From NCBI GenBank assembly GCA_963727445.1, contig CAVSGI010000010.1, positions 640,001-704,000 of the forward strand: a DNA stretch of 64,000 nt, given 5' to 3'. Positions 29,659 through 40,005 of this stretch are shown here, one piece after another. Position numbers and translations under genes: made by a program. The notes beneath the pieces are model-generated. The model was not told the origin of the DNA and did no database searches. It saw only the letters and a list, made by a program, of their open reading frames with translations. Numbering within the stretch: the first letter of the stretch is position 1; every line of letters begins with the position of its first letter. Source of the DNA: an uncultured delta proteobacterium. Its GTDB lineage: Bacteria > Myxococcota_A > Polyangia > Polyangiales > B10-G4.

Positions 29659-30684
29659 GTGAGAGTCGCCACCATGCAGACGACGTGCGAGCGCGACTTC
29701 GGTGCCGTTGCTCTGTTGGACATCGCAGCGACGCCAGGCGGCACAATCTTCGTGCGCCAGGTGCCTGTGGAGAGCGTCGACATGCCGGGGGGCGGCACGC
29801 GTCTAGGCACGGTGGGTGCGGGCGAGGTGCTTGCGCTCGACCACGAGCTCTCCGAGCTGGATTGCATCGACGTCGAAGCCTTGGTCGTCGCGCACCGGCT
29901 GGACGAGAGCATTGGGACGCGCGCCATTCGCGTCGTGCACGATCCACGAGGATGGGCGATGTCGATCCTGTGCTCCGACAAGATCGCCGACTTCGGTTTC
30001 GGCAAGGACGAGGACGGTCGGTCGCGAACGGGTGAAGCTTGGGCCACATACACGTGCGAGCACACCAGGCGTTTCTCGAGCGCACGCTACCATCCGACCA
30101 ACGGCGACCTCGTCTTCGTGGAAGACGGTGGACCGGTACGCACGGCTCACGGGAGCCTCGAGTGGGGGGACGTCAACGCGTACAGCGCCGCGATGGACGA
30201 CGACCTGATCGCCGCGATCGGCCCCAAGTACCTCTACGTGTATGACCAGGCGGCTCAGGCGGAGTTGTTCCGCGCGCCCGTCGGCCCGGGCTATGCCGTT
30301 GGCCTCTTGCCGGATCGGCGGGTGGCGGTGCTCGCCGGCAGGAAGGCGCGGCTTCGAATCTACGACGCAGATGGTACGGAGCAGCTCTGCCTCGTCTCGG
30401 GCGTGCCGTCGCCCTCGCGCATCGAGGTCTCGCCCACTGGGACCATCGCGCTCTTCAATTCCGACCGCTTGGCGTTCGTCGATCCCGCGACCGGGAGGGT
30501 AGCCACGTTGCCTGCCTATGTCGGGTCGAAAGATCACGCCCGGCCTGGCCAGTTCGCATGGCTCGACGGGGAGAGTTTCGCGGTGGTCTTGTCCGGCACC
30601 GCGAAGCTCTCCATCTCGAAGGTCGACGATTTGTTCGCGACGTTGCCCGCAGTGAAGTGGAAGGTCGAGAAGCCCAAGAAGTAG
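29659..30684 (+). CDS. hypothetical protein, possible beta-propeller
   Basis: 341-aa ORF with GC-typical codons and short beta-strand/turn repeats (YHPTNG, VSPTG, WLDG). Confidence 0.55.
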   Translation: MRVATMQTTCERDFGAVALLDIAATPGGTIFVRQVPVESVDMPGGGTRLGTVGAGEVLALDHELSELDCIDVEALVVAHRLDESIGTRAIRVVHDPRGWAMSILCSDKIADFGFGKDEDGRSRTGEAWATYTCEHTRRFSSARYHPTNGDLVFVEDGGPVRTAHGSLEWGDVNAYSAAMDDDLIAAIGPKYLYVYDQAAQAELFRAPVGPGYAVGLLPDRRVAVLAGRKARLRIYDADGTEQLCLVSGVPSPSRIEVSPTGTIALFNSDRLAFVDPATGRVATLPAYVGSKDHARPGQFAWLDGESFAVVLSGTAKLSISKVDDLFATLPAVKWKVEKPKK

Positions 30685-30809
30685 CGACGAGCGCCGCCGA
30701 CTCCTTCACCGGACGGGACCAGGCACTGGCTTTCCGTTGATGTTGCAGCCGTCTGCGGCGCCGCCACCTGTTCGACGACGAGCAAGTCACCGCGCAGCCG
30801 CTGACGAGC

Positions 30810-32830
30810 TCACTCCGCCGCGGGCTCGTCCGTCTCGTCGTCCTGGTCCTGCTCGACGATGACGAACTGGACGCGGCGGTTCTGGGCGCGGTGCTCGTCG
30901 CTGTCGTTCGGGACGATGGGCTGGGTCTCGCCGTAGCCGATGGGCGTGAGGCGCGACTCCTCGACGCCGTGCTCCACCAGCCAGCGCTTCACAGAGTCGG
31001 CGCGGCGCTGGGAGAGCTGCGCGTTGTACTCGGCGCGGCCCCGGTCGTCGGTGTGGCCCTGGATCTCGATGCGGCGGATCTGCGGGTTGTTGGTGATGAC
31101 GTGCGCGATCTGGCTCATCAGGTCGAAGCTCGAGGGCAGGATCTCGTCGCTGTCGAAGGCGAAGTTGATCTGCTCGAGGATGCGGATCTCCGACTCCTGG
31201 ACCTCGACCAGGGCGTGGCGCCTGAGCTCGCAGCGCACCTCGACGTCGTAGCTCTCGACGTCCTCCGCCTCGGCGGGGATGGTGCCGCTGCAGGTCCCCG
31301 TCTCGTGCTCGTCGGCCGAGACCTCCATCTCCACCGCGGTCCCCGGCTCGAAGCCGTAGGTGGTGAAGCGGCCGTGCTCGGCGAGGACCGAGCTCCACTG
31401 CGAAGCCGGGAAGCGCACGACGGCCTTGTCGACGGGGTTCCCGTCCTCGTCGACCACCTGACCGAGGATGCGGCCGGTGGGCGGCGCTGGTTCCTGCACC
31501 TCATCCTCGACCTCGACCTCGCGCTCGATGACCTCGGGCTCCGGCGGCGGCCGCGTGTCGAAGTTGTATTGAACGCCGAAGAACACGTCGTAGGGCTCGT
31601 TCAGCGCGAGCTCGCGCACCGAGTGCTCCTTCGACGCGCCGGTGAGACCGATGTCGACGCCGACGTACGCGGAGAAGCCTTTCACCGGCGGCAGGACGCG
31701 CAGGCCCAGGGTGAGGTCCATGGGCATCGCCGCGACCCCTTCGATGCCGAGGCAGCTCTCCTCCGAGGGGTCGCCGGGCACCGAGAGACAGCTGTAGCCG
31801 GTGCGATTGACAGGGATGTTCCAGCTCCACTCGACGATCGGATGGATGAAGAGCTCCTCGGCCACGCGCAACGGCACCTCGACGCCGAGGCGGATGTCGA
31901 AGAAGTCGGTGCGGTTCGCCTCGAGCGCAGTCCGCTCGTAGGTGGTGGCGAGGTGCCGGCTCTCGTCTGCGCGCGGCAGGGGATCGGCGAGGGCGGCGTA
32001 GCGCTCGTCCTCGATGCTCTGCAGAAAGTTCTCCGAATTGTCGATGCGGTAGCCGAGGGCCATGCGGGCGATGAGCGGCAGAGGATTGTCGAGCTCGCGC
32101 AGGTCGGCGGTCATGAGGGCGTCGATGGAGAGCCCCATCGCGGCGGGATCGATGCCGAGATCGCTCGAAGTCGGAAGCCACCCCTGGAGCTGGCCGGCGA
32201 TGGCGAGCCAGTCGTTGAGCTGCACCGGCACCTTGGCGCCGACGCGCACGTCGCCCATCACCAGGTAGAGGTTCGGGCGCCCAGTGGTGTTCGAGGTGGC
32301 GAAGCTCCTTATCGATCCCCACAGCTCGAGGAATTTGTGGATGCGCCCGGTGACGCTGAGCACCCCGCCGATGCGGCTGTGCTGGTCGCCCTCGACGATG
32401 AAGCTGTTGAGGGCGTAGAAGTCGAGGCCGAACTGATAGCGGAAGGTCCCCACCGGTCCGCCTTCGGCGCCGGGGACGTGAAAGCCGCCGGTGGAGCCGA
32501 GGAAGGTCGACTGGTTCCGGAACTCGCGATCCCACGCGTCCTCGGTGGGCACCAGGGACGAGCCGTCGTCCTCGCGCTCTTCGGGGGTAGTGCGTCTCCG
32601 CCCTCGGATTCGTCCCGCGCCTGGTCGAGATCGCTCTCGAGCTGCTGGTCCTCGTCGAAGGCGTCCTCCCAGTCGCTGCCGCCGAAGTCATCCTGGCTCT
32701 GCGGCTCCTGCTGGGGCGTGTCGCCGAATTCGTCCCCGAACTCGTCGTCGAAGTCGTCCTGCGCCGCAGCCACGGACGGTGCTGACAGCACGGTGGCGAG
32801 AGCGGCGCAAAGGAGTCCCGTCCGAAGCAT
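30810..32830 (-). CDS. OmpA-family outer-membrane protein (acidic N-region, beta-barrel-like region, carboxypeptidase-regulatory-like domain, OmpA C-domain); frameshift at G5 run 32583-32587
   Basis: INFAFDSDEI..IEIQGHTDDRG..NAQLSQRRA..GYGETQP..NRRV. The signal peptide MLRTGLLCAALA.. is in the frame of ORF 32309..33106; adding one base to the run joins the frames (ALPPEEREDDGSSLVPTED). Confidence 0.85.
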
Positions 32831-32858
32831 CCGGCGCATTGTAGGCTTTCCGGCGCGC

Positions 32859-35198
32859 GTGGCCAGCACGACCGACAACGAAAACGCAGGCGGGGAATCG
32901 ACCCACGGCCAGCGCATCGAAGCGACCGGCTTCGTCCTGACGCGACAGTGGCGCGAGACGCGCGCTGGGATCGCCCTCACCTTCTGGCTCTGGACCGAGG
33001 ACGGGCCGATGCGCGTTCGGGTGCCCCCCGAGGAAGACGTGATGTTCGTCGAGCGCGAGACGGTGACGAAGGACGGGCGCCGCAAGCCACTCGAGCTCAC
33101 CAGCATGCGCGGATCGCCGGTCGACGGCGTCTACTTCCGGAGCCGGCGCGCGCTCCGCGCCGAGCGCGATCGCCTGCGCGCGCGCGGCGGCCACGCGCTC
33201 GAGTCCGACGTGAAGCCGGACGCGCGCTTCCTGATGGAGCGCTTCGTCACCGGCGGGATGCGCGTGCGGGGCAAGCTGACGGGCGAGGGCGCCTTCCGCG
33301 ACGTCGAAGCAGAGGAGGTGCACGCCGCCGACGTCAGCCCGCGCCTGTCCATCGTCAGCTTCGACGTCGAGAGCGACGGACCCGATGGCGAGCTCTACTC
33401 GACCGCGCTCACCGACGGCACGCGCGCCGACACTTACGTGATCGGCGAGGGCGAGGACCAGGACGGGGTCTTCTTCGTTCCCGACGAGCGGGCCCTGTTG
33501 CGCGCCATCGTCGACTTCGTTCACGCCGTCGACCCCGACGTGCTCACCGGCTGGAACGTCATCGACTTCGACATCGCCAAGCTCTGCGCACGCGCCTCCG
33601 CGTTGGGCGAGACCTTCCCCCTCGGTCGCGACTACCAGCCGGCCCGGGTGCTCCTGCCCAGCAGCTCGAACGGCGTCGCGGTGGCGCGGATCGACGGTCG
33701 AGTCGCTCTCGACGGCATCGCCACCATGCGCGCCGCGACCTTCCGCTTCGAGTCCTTCAGCCTCGACAACGTCGCCCGCGAGCTCCTCGGCCGCCAGAAG
33801 CTCGTCAGCGACGACGCGGATCGCCTCGGCGAGATCCGCCGGATGTACGCCGAGGACAAGATCGCCCTCGCCCGCTACAACTTGCTCGACGCCGAGCTCG
33901 CCCTCGAGATCGTGAAGAAGGCGCGCCTGCTCGAGTTCGCCGTGGAGCGCCAGCAGCTCACGGGCTTGCTGATGGACAAGCAGGGCGGCTCGGTGGCCGC
34001 CTTCGACCATCTCTATCTGCCGCGCCTGCATCGACACGGTCACGTAGCGCCGGACGTCGGCGCCTCGGAAGAGGTCGTGACCAGCCCCGGCGGCTACGTG
34101 ATGGATTCGGTGCCGGGCCTGCACGACAACGTCCTGGTGCTCGACTTCAAGAGCCTGTACCCGAGCATCATCCGCACCTTCGCCGTCGATCCCATGGGCC
34201 TCGCCTTCCCGGACGACGATCCGATCCCGGGTTTTCGCGACGCCACCTTCGCCCGCGAGCGACACATCCTGCCGGGCCTCATCGAGAGCCTGTGGAAGGC
34301 GCGCGACCGCGCCAAGGCGCAGGACAACCGCGAGCTCTCCACCGCGATCAAGATCCTCATGAACTCCTTCTACGGCGTGCTCGGGACGCCGGGCTGCCGC
34401 TTCTTCGACCCGCGCCTCGCGAGCTCCATCACCCGCCGCGGCCACGAGATCATCAACGCCACCAGGGACCGCGTCGAAGACGAGGGCTACCGCGTCATCT
34501 ACGGAGACACGGACTCGATCTTCGTCCTCGTCGGGAGCGGCCACGACGAAGAGCAGTGCCGCGCGGTGGGCGACGGTCTCGCGCGGCTCTTGAACGATTA
34601 CTGGAGAGCCCGCCTCGCCGAGGAGCCGCGGGTCGAGAGCGCCCTCGAGATCGAGTTCGAGACCCACTACCTGCGCTTCTTCATGCCGACGATGCGCGGC
34701 TCCGAGAAGGGCAGCAAGAAGCGCTATGCCGGCTCCGTGCGGGGCGAGGACGAAAGCGCGAAGATCGTCTTCAAGGGGCTCGAGGCGGTGCGCACCGATT
34801 GGACGCCGCTCGCCCGGCGCTTTCAGCGCGAGCTCTTCGCCCGGGTCTTCGCCGACCGCGAGTACCGCGCATGGTCGCGTTCCATCGTCGACGACCTCTA
34901 CGCCGGCGCCCTCGACGACGAGCTCGTCTATAGGAAGCGCCTCCGGCGCAGCGTAGACGAGTACGAGCACAACGTCCCGCCCCACGTGCAGGCGGCGAAG
35001 AAGCTCGACCGGCCACCCCGCGTCATCCGCTACGTGATCACCACCCGCGGCCCCGAGCCGGTGCAGGCGCGAAGCGGCGCGCGCATCGACTACGACCACT
35101 ACAAGAGCCGCCAGCTCGCCCCCGCCGCCAACGGCCTTCTGACCTTCCTCGGCACCGACTTCGAGACCATCGCCGGCAAGCAGCTCAGCCTGTTCTGA
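32859..35198 (+). CDS. polB: DNA polymerase II (family B)
   Basis: GFVLTRQWR N-terminus, exonuclease FDVE/GWN..FD/YNLLD, polymerase DFKSLYPS, KILMNSFYG, YGDTDS, KKRY, and a C-terminal QLSLF clamp motif. 779 aa from GTG 32859. Confidence 0.95.
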   Translation: MASTTDNENAGGESTHGQRIEATGFVLTRQWRETRAGIALTFWLWTEDGPMRVRVPPEEDVMFVERETVTKDGRRKPLELTSMRGSPVDGVYFRSRRALRAERDRLRARGGHALESDVKPDARFLMERFVTGGMRVRGKLTGEGAFRDVEAEEVHAADVSPRLSIVSFDVESDGPDGELYSTALTDGTRADTYVIGEGEDQDGVFFVPDERALLRAIVDFVHAVDPDVLTGWNVIDFDIAKLCARASALGETFPLGRDYQPARVLLPSSSNGVAVARIDGRVALDGIATMRAATFRFESFSLDNVARELLGRQKLVSDDADRLGEIRRMYAEDKIALARYNLLDAELALEIVKKARLLEFAVERQQLTGLLMDKQGGSVAAFDHLYLPRLHRHGHVAPDVGASEEVVTSPGGYVMDSVPGLHDNVLVLDFKSLYPSIIRTFAVDPMGLAFPDDDPIPGFRDATFARERHILPGLIESLWKARDRAKAQDNRELSTAIKILMNSFYGVLGTPGCRFFDPRLASSITRRGHEIINATRDRVEDEGYRVIYGDTDSIFVLVGSGHDEEQCRAVGDGLARLLNDYWRARLAEEPRVESALEIEFETHYLRFFMPTMRGSEKGSKKRYAGSVRGEDESAKIVFKGLEAVRTDWTPLARRFQRELFARVFADREYRAWSRSIVDDLYAGALDDELVYRKRLRRSVDEYEHNVPPHVQAAKKLDRPPRVIRYVITTRGPEPVQARSGARIDYDHYKSRQLAPAANGLLTFLGTDFETIAGKQLSLF

Positions 35199-35243
35199 AG
35201 CGCGCTTCGGCAGTCGCACGTCGCGCCTGCTATGCTCGATCGC

Positions 35244-36302
35244 ATGAGGATGGGATTCGGACGCGCCGCAACTGCCATCGCAGCGGCGCTCTTGCTCGCG
35301 TCGTGCTTCACGAGCCATTCGGCGCCGACCGACGCGTCCGTGCGACGCGATAGCCGAGTGGTGCTCGATGGCACGGTGATCCGCGATGGCGCGCCGTTCG
35401 ACGCAGAAGAGCCGCCGCCGCCGATGGATGGCGGGGGCGAGATGTGCGGGGACGAGCTCTGCGTCAGCGGTCAGATCTGCTGCAGCGCCTGCGGCGGCCC
35501 GCCCTTCTTCTGCGCGCCTGCGTCCGCCGGCTGTCCCGACGTCACCTGTCCCCCTCCTCCGCCCGGCGGCACCGGGTACGTCGTGGACTCGTTCCAGGTC
35601 GGTGCGCCCGATCCGACCGGTGATCCGAACGTCGTGCCCGGCATGAACCTCGACGGCATGGTGAGCGACGGCTCGGATCCGGGCGGGTGCTTCCACCTGG
35701 ACTTCACCTCGCTGCCTCCAGACAACGAGCCGGGCGTCGACAACCAGATGGGCCCGATCCTCAGCGCGATCGGAGGTGGGTTCGGGGAAGATTACGCGAG
35801 CGCGATCGCCTCCGGTCAATGGCTCATCCTCCTCTCGATCGAGGACGGGAGCCGTACGATTCAGCTATACCGCGGGACCACCGCCGATGGCGGGCCGCCG
35901 CGCTCCTCCGGAGGGAGCCTTTCGCCCGGACAGGCCTTTCGGATCATCGAGCCTCTGGGGACGCTCAGCGGCCGGCCGATCGGAACGCGCTTGCGCGCCG
36001 AAGGCAGCGGCATCGTCTTCCCGTTCTCCTGGCGCTCGATGGGTTCGATCCGCTTCATCACGCCGCGCCTGTACGGGAACTTCGCGCCTGGTCGGATCTC
36101 CGCGGGCGTGCTCGGGGGCGCCTACTACGTGGATCAAGCGGTCGACGAGGTCGTCGCGGTCGACCCCACGTCCATCCCGCGCGCCCTCGCGCGCTCGGTC
36201 CTCGATTCTCAGGCGGACTTGCTCCCAGACGACACGGGCATGTGCACGGCCGTCTCGACGGGCTACACCTTCACCGCCGTCTCCGCGACCATCGTCCCCT
36301 GA
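35244..36302 (+). CDS. lipoprotein, hypothetical
   Basis: Lipobox LASC; Cys-rich segment; GMNLDG..GC...D..GVDNQ motif. Confidence 0.7.
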   Translation: MRMGFGRAATAIAAALLLASCFTSHSAPTDASVRRDSRVVLDGTVIRDGAPFDAEEPPPPMDGGGEMCGDELCVSGQICCSACGGPPFFCAPASAGCPDVTCPPPPPGGTGYVVDSFQVGAPDPTGDPNVVPGMNLDGMVSDGSDPGGCFHLDFTSLPPDNEPGVDNQMGPILSAIGGGFGEDYASAIASGQWLILLSIEDGSRTIQLYRGTTADGGPPRSSGGSLSPGQAFRIIEPLGTLSGRPIGTRLRAEGSGIVFPFSWRSMGSIRFITPRLYGNFAPGRISAGVLGGAYYVDQAVDEVVAVDPTSIPRALARSVLDSQADLLPDDTGMCTAVSTGYTFTAVSATIVP

Positions 36303-36309
36303 CGCGCGC

Positions 36310-36903
36310 TCAAAGGACGGTCATCACCCGCGCTTCGACGCGGAAGGCGCCCATCGGCCCGGCCATGTCGTCCCGGACGATCAAAGTGCCGGAGCGGGTG
36401 TCGAGCTGAAACGACCCGTCGGAATCGGCGGTGGTGGTCTCGGCGTCCTCGCCGACCACGCCCGGCGGGGTGTCGTAGACCGCGCAGGGGAAGTAGCCGT
36501 TGTCGACGCCACCGTAGAGGTTCGTCCCGTTGCAGGTCGCGATGGTGTGACACCAGTAGCCCATCGCGCTCGTCGAGTCCCGAACCTCGACCGTGAAGGA
36601 GCAGCTGTCGCCCGGCGAGACCGGGATCGTTCCGCCGACGCGCTCCACCGTGGCCACGATGGTCCGCATGCTTGCCGCGGGCCGAGGCGTGGGAACGATC
36701 ACCAGCGGCATCGGCGGCGGTCCCGGCGCTTCCACCGAGCCCGTGCCGCCACCCCCGTAGGGATCCTGGAAGGCCGCGATTTGGCTCTGCTGCTCCTGGT
36801 AATAGAAGAAGCCGACGACACCGAACACGCAGCACCCGAAGATGGAGAGGAGGCCGCAGCCTCCAGCCACGTAGAGCAGTGGCGAGGTCTTCTTCTCGGT
36901 CAT
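36310..36903 (-). CDS. single-pass membrane hypothetical protein
   Basis: N-terminal TM (LLYVAGGCGLLSIFGCCVFGVVGFFYY), Pro-rich linker, Cys-containing beta domain. Confidence 0.7.
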   Translation of the reverse strand: MTEKKTSPLLYVAGGCGLLSIFGCCVFGVVGFFYYQEQQSQIAAFQDPYGGGGTGSVEAPGPPPMPLVIVPTPRPAASMRTIVATVERVGGTIPVSPGDSCSFTVEVRDSTSAMGYWCHTIATCNGTNLYGGVDNGYFPCAVYDTPPGVVGEDAETTTADSDGSFQLDTRSGTLIVRDDMAGPMGAFRVEARVMTVL

Positions 36904-36925
36904 GGGCGGAGCGTATCATCGGCCG

Positions 36926-37447
36926 ATGCGGGGTGGCTCACGAAGAAGGACCCGGCCCGATGAATCGGCAAAGCCCAGCTACATCACGGCCGAGGGGTAC
37001 CGGCGCCTCGAGGAGGAGGCGCACCAGCTCTGGAACGTGGAGCGCCCGAGGATGGCCAAGGCGGTCCAGGTGGCGGCCGCCGAGGGCGACCGGTCGGAGA
37101 ACGCCGAGTATCAGTATTCGAAGCGCAAGCTGGCCGAGATCGACCGGCGGCTGACCTTCCTCGGCAAGCGCCTGGACGTCCTCACCATCGTCTCGGACCC
37201 CCCGCCGGAAGACGGCAAGGTCTACTTCGCGAGCTACGTCACCCTCGAGGACGAGGAAGGGGAGCAGGTGGTCTACCGCCTGGTCGGCCCCGACGAGACC
37301 GACGCCGAGCGCGGCTTCATCAGCATCGAGTCCCCGGTGGCCAAGGCGATCCGCGGTCGCGAAGAGGGCGACGAGGTGGAGGTGCGGCGGCCGCGCGGCG
37401 CTACCGTCTACGAGATCGTCCGTGTCGCCAATACGCCGCCACGATGA
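36926..37447 (+). CDS. greB: transcription elongation factor GreB
   Basis: YITAEGY..LW.VERP..V..AAAEGDRSENAEY.Y.KR.L.EIDRR..FL.KRL; ISIESPVAKA. Confidence 0.93.
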   Translation: MRGGSRRRTRPDESAKPSYITAEGYRRLEEEAHQLWNVERPRMAKAVQVAAAEGDRSENAEYQYSKRKLAEIDRRLTFLGKRLDVLTIVSDPPPEDGKVYFASYVTLEDEEGEQVVYRLVGPDETDAERGFISIESPVAKAIRGREEGDEVEVRRPRGATVYEIVRVANTPPR

Positions 37448-38798
37448 TGAGGAACGCGGCGTAGGCCGGACCCTGCGAAGGCGGCGCGGCGACGCCGCAG
37501 CCGCAGCCGTCCGAGGAGCCATCGGGCGGCGGCTCGGCGCCCGCGTCCGTCGACGCGGCGTCGGGGGCGCCGCTGTCGACCGCCGCCGCGTCCGCCCCGC
37601 CACCACCGTCCGCGCCGCCGTCGACCGCAGCGTCTGCGCGGCCCGCGTCCGGGGCCGCCCGGCCGAAGTCACGCAAGAGGTCGTCGAACCACTCGGTGCA
37701 GGTGGCGGTGACGTCGCTCGGAGGCGCACAGGTCGAGGGCCCGGTGACGCGATCGAAGGTCAACAGCGGCGTCAGCGCGGTGGGGTCGGACAAGGGCGCG
37801 GTCCCCAGCGAGAAGCCGTCGGCGCCGGCAAGGCCGTTACCGCAGACGTAGAGGACGTCGTCCCGGATCTCGAGACACGCCACGTCGAGGTTGCGGTTGA
37901 GGAGATCCAGCATGGTCCCGTCGGGGCTGCGCAACAGGCCCTGCTCCGAGTTGCCGTAGAAGAGGGTCCCGTCGGGGGCGCGGGCGAAGCCGAAGGGACG
38001 ACCGTTGGGCACCGGCGCCGCGGCCAGGGTGTCGATGGTGCGAAAGCTCGCGCCCGCGTCCTCGGAGATGATCAGGCGATCGGTGAGCTCCCCTTTGACC
38101 CAGGCGTAGACCGTATCGGGATCGGTGGGATGGACCGCGAGGAGGTTCAGCTCGAGCTCGTCCGCCTCGTAGGAGAAGGGATGCGCGGCGAAGGTCGCCC
38201 CACCGTCGTCGGAGGTGTAGACCGCCGGCATGGCGCTGGTCCCCACCATCGGAGGCGCTTCGGCGCTCACGTAGATGCGGTCGGGGTCCGAGGGCGCGGT
38301 CCGCACCCGCTCCGGCAGAAACGGCGCGGGGATGCCGCCCGCGGTCGGAGTGAAAGTGAGGCCATCACTCGATCGGTAGACGTGATTGTCGACGGCCACG
38401 TCGGATTGAAGGGCGAGCACCGCGCCGGTCGACGGATCGATCGAGACGTCGGCGACGAAGCTTCCGTCGAGCGCCGCGGGGATCGCGCTCCATCCGCAAC
38501 CGCGCGTGTCACTGCGGCGTAGCGCATCGCGTTGGGCGAGGAAGAGCGCGGCGCCGGGTCCGAGGACGGTGGGATTGGTGAAACCGAGGCGCCCCGAGGG
38601 GATGGACTGGACGCAGATCCACTGCCAGGTGGCCCCGCCGTCGGTGGTCTCGAGCAAGCCGAAAGTGGCGACCACCATCATGTGGTCGGCGTCGTCCGGG
38701 TCGAAGAGGACCGCCTGACTCTGGGGGACGCCACCATGTGCGTGCACGACCCCGGCAGAAAGAAGAACGGCGGAGAGGATGGCGACGACCCGGAACAT
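37401..38798 (-). CDS. BNR/Asp-box repeat surface protein with MYXO-CTERM-like tail
   Basis: Signal VVHA|HG; T/SxDGGxTW/F repeats; tail DGCGCGV...YAAFLIIVAAYWRHGRSRRR. The 3' end overlaps greB by 47 bp. Confidence 0.8.
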   Translation of the reverse strand: MFRVVAILSAVLLSAGVVHAHGGVPQSQAVLFDPDDADHMMVVATFGLLETTDGGATWQWICVQSIPSGRLGFTNPTVLGPGAALFLAQRDALRRSDTRGCGWSAIPAALDGSFVADVSIDPSTGAVLALQSDVAVDNHVYRSSDGLTFTPTAGGIPAPFLPERVRTAPSDPDRIYVSAEAPPMVGTSAMPAVYTSDDGGATFAAHPFSYEADELELNLLAVHPTDPDTVYAWVKGELTDRLIISEDAGASFRTIDTLAAAPVPNGRPFGFARAPDGTLFYGNSEQGLLRSPDGTMLDLLNRNLDVACLEIRDDVLYVCGNGLAGADGFSLGTAPLSDPTALTPLLTFDRVTGPSTCAPPSDVTATCTEWFDDLLRDFGRAAPDAGRADAAVDGGADGGGGADAAAVDSGAPDAASTDAGAEPPPDGSSDGCGCGVAAPPSQGPAYAAFLIIVAAYWRHGRSRRR

Positions 38799-38889
38799 CG
38801 GGCGTGAGGATAGCGTTGTCGGCGCGGTGGTGCAGGCGTCTAAGTTGCGCTGAGGGACGTTTGTGCCCACCGTTGAGGGCGACCCGTCC

Positions 38890-39981
38890 ATGGGAACCGA
38901 GTCGAAACCGTGGTTGATCTGGCTCACGGCCTTCGCGTCCGCGGCGGTCCATGCGGGCGCAGCCGCGGGCGTCGTGGCCTTCGGGCACGCCCTGCCATCG
39001 GGCGACGCGGCGACCATCAGCGAGGTGGACTTCGTCGTGCTCGACCTTCCCGAAGAGTCGCCAGCGCCGGAGCCCCTGGTCGACCCCTTGCCGCTCCCCG
39101 AAGAGCCGCCGAGGCTCGCGAGCCTCGTCCGCGATCGCGCGGCGGAGCATCCGCTCTCGACGGCCGTCGAAGAGCACACCCTCCTCCCCGAGCCCGAGCC
39201 CCGCCCCGAGGAAGAGGAGGAGCGCGAGCGTGAGCGCCGGCAGCCGATGGTCTCCCTCGACCCGACTTCAGTCGCGGCTGCCTCGGTCGTCTTCGACGAC
39301 GACCCCTCCCCGCCCCGGCCACAGCCGCCCGCGAGCGGGCGGGGCGAGCGGTCCGAGGAAGCGCTCGAAGCGCAGCTCGGGGGAGCGCTCCAAGGCGCGG
39401 CCAACGCACGCCCCCACGTGAGCCATCGCCCGCCGCCCCGGCTTCGCGCGCGCACCGACGGCAGCTACGCCTTCCACGGACACCTCTTCGACGCGGTGAT
39501 CGCCCGCGATGGACGCGTGCGCTTCTCCGATCGCGGCGGCGTCGAGATGAACAGCCCGAACCTCGGTCCGAACGGGCTCATTCCGTCGGGGACGTTCGAC
39601 GTCACCGACTCGATCGAGCGCGCGCGAGGCAACGACCCCTTCCGCTACGAACGCGACTGGTTCATGCGACAGACGCGCGAGCTGCGCGAACGCCTCGAGG
39701 ACGAGAGCTCCGCGCGAGAGCAGCAACACGGGATGGCCGCCCTCCGCGGCTCGCTCCGGCGCATCTGGGGCGGACGCGGCACGGACCCGCAGCGCCGCGC
39801 GCGGATCTTCAGTCTCTGGGACGACTGCGCGGAGGACGAGGTCGGCCACCGAGCGCGCGCCGCCATCATCGGATTCGTCCGCGAGACGCTGCCGCAGGGC
39901 AGTCCGGGCGCCTTCACGGAAGGCGAGCTCCGGCGCCTGAACGCCGAGCGCCTGAGCCGCGAGCCTTTCGCGCCGTACTGA
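38890..39981 (+). CDS. Membrane-anchored protein with TonB-like N-terminus, hypothetical
   Basis: TM with SAAVH motif followed by a Pro/Glu-rich spacer and a helical C-domain. Confidence 0.6.
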   Translation: MGTESKPWLIWLTAFASAAVHAGAAAGVVAFGHALPSGDAATISEVDFVVLDLPEESPAPEPLVDPLPLPEEPPRLASLVRDRAAEHPLSTAVEEHTLLPEPEPRPEEEEERERERRQPMVSLDPTSVAAASVVFDDDPSPPRPQPPASGRGERSEEALEAQLGGALQGAANARPHVSHRPPPRLRARTDGSYAFHGHLFDAVIARDGRVRFSDRGGVEMNSPNLGPNGLIPSGTFDVTDSIERARGNDPFRYERDWFMRQTRELRERLEDESSAREQQHGMAALRGSLRRIWGGRGTDPQRRARIFSLWDDCAEDEVGHRARAAIIGFVRETLPQGSPGAFTEGELRRLNAERLSREPFAPY

Positions 39982-40005
39982 GCGGGCGCGATATGCTTCC
40001 GCTCC

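Noticed and set aside
30810..32830. TraB of the TraAB outer-membrane exchange system
   Set aside because: No traA upstream (polB is divergent) and no thrombospondin type-3 repeats seen.
30891..32858. 1435-aa ORF suggesting a giant PolB fusion
   Set aside because: The first ~656 codons are the antisense shadow of the OmpA gene; Pol II similarity begins at ~32859.
32859..35198. PolB as marker of a casposon, pipolin or prophage
   Set aside because: No cas1, integrase, terminal repeats or phage genes; the sequence follows cellular Pol II and ends in a clamp motif.
32688..35819. 1043-aa minus-strand ORF and many other long overlapping ORFs
   Set aside because: Antisense or off-frame shadows expected in high-GC DNA; low-complexity Arg/Ala/Gly translations with no motifs.
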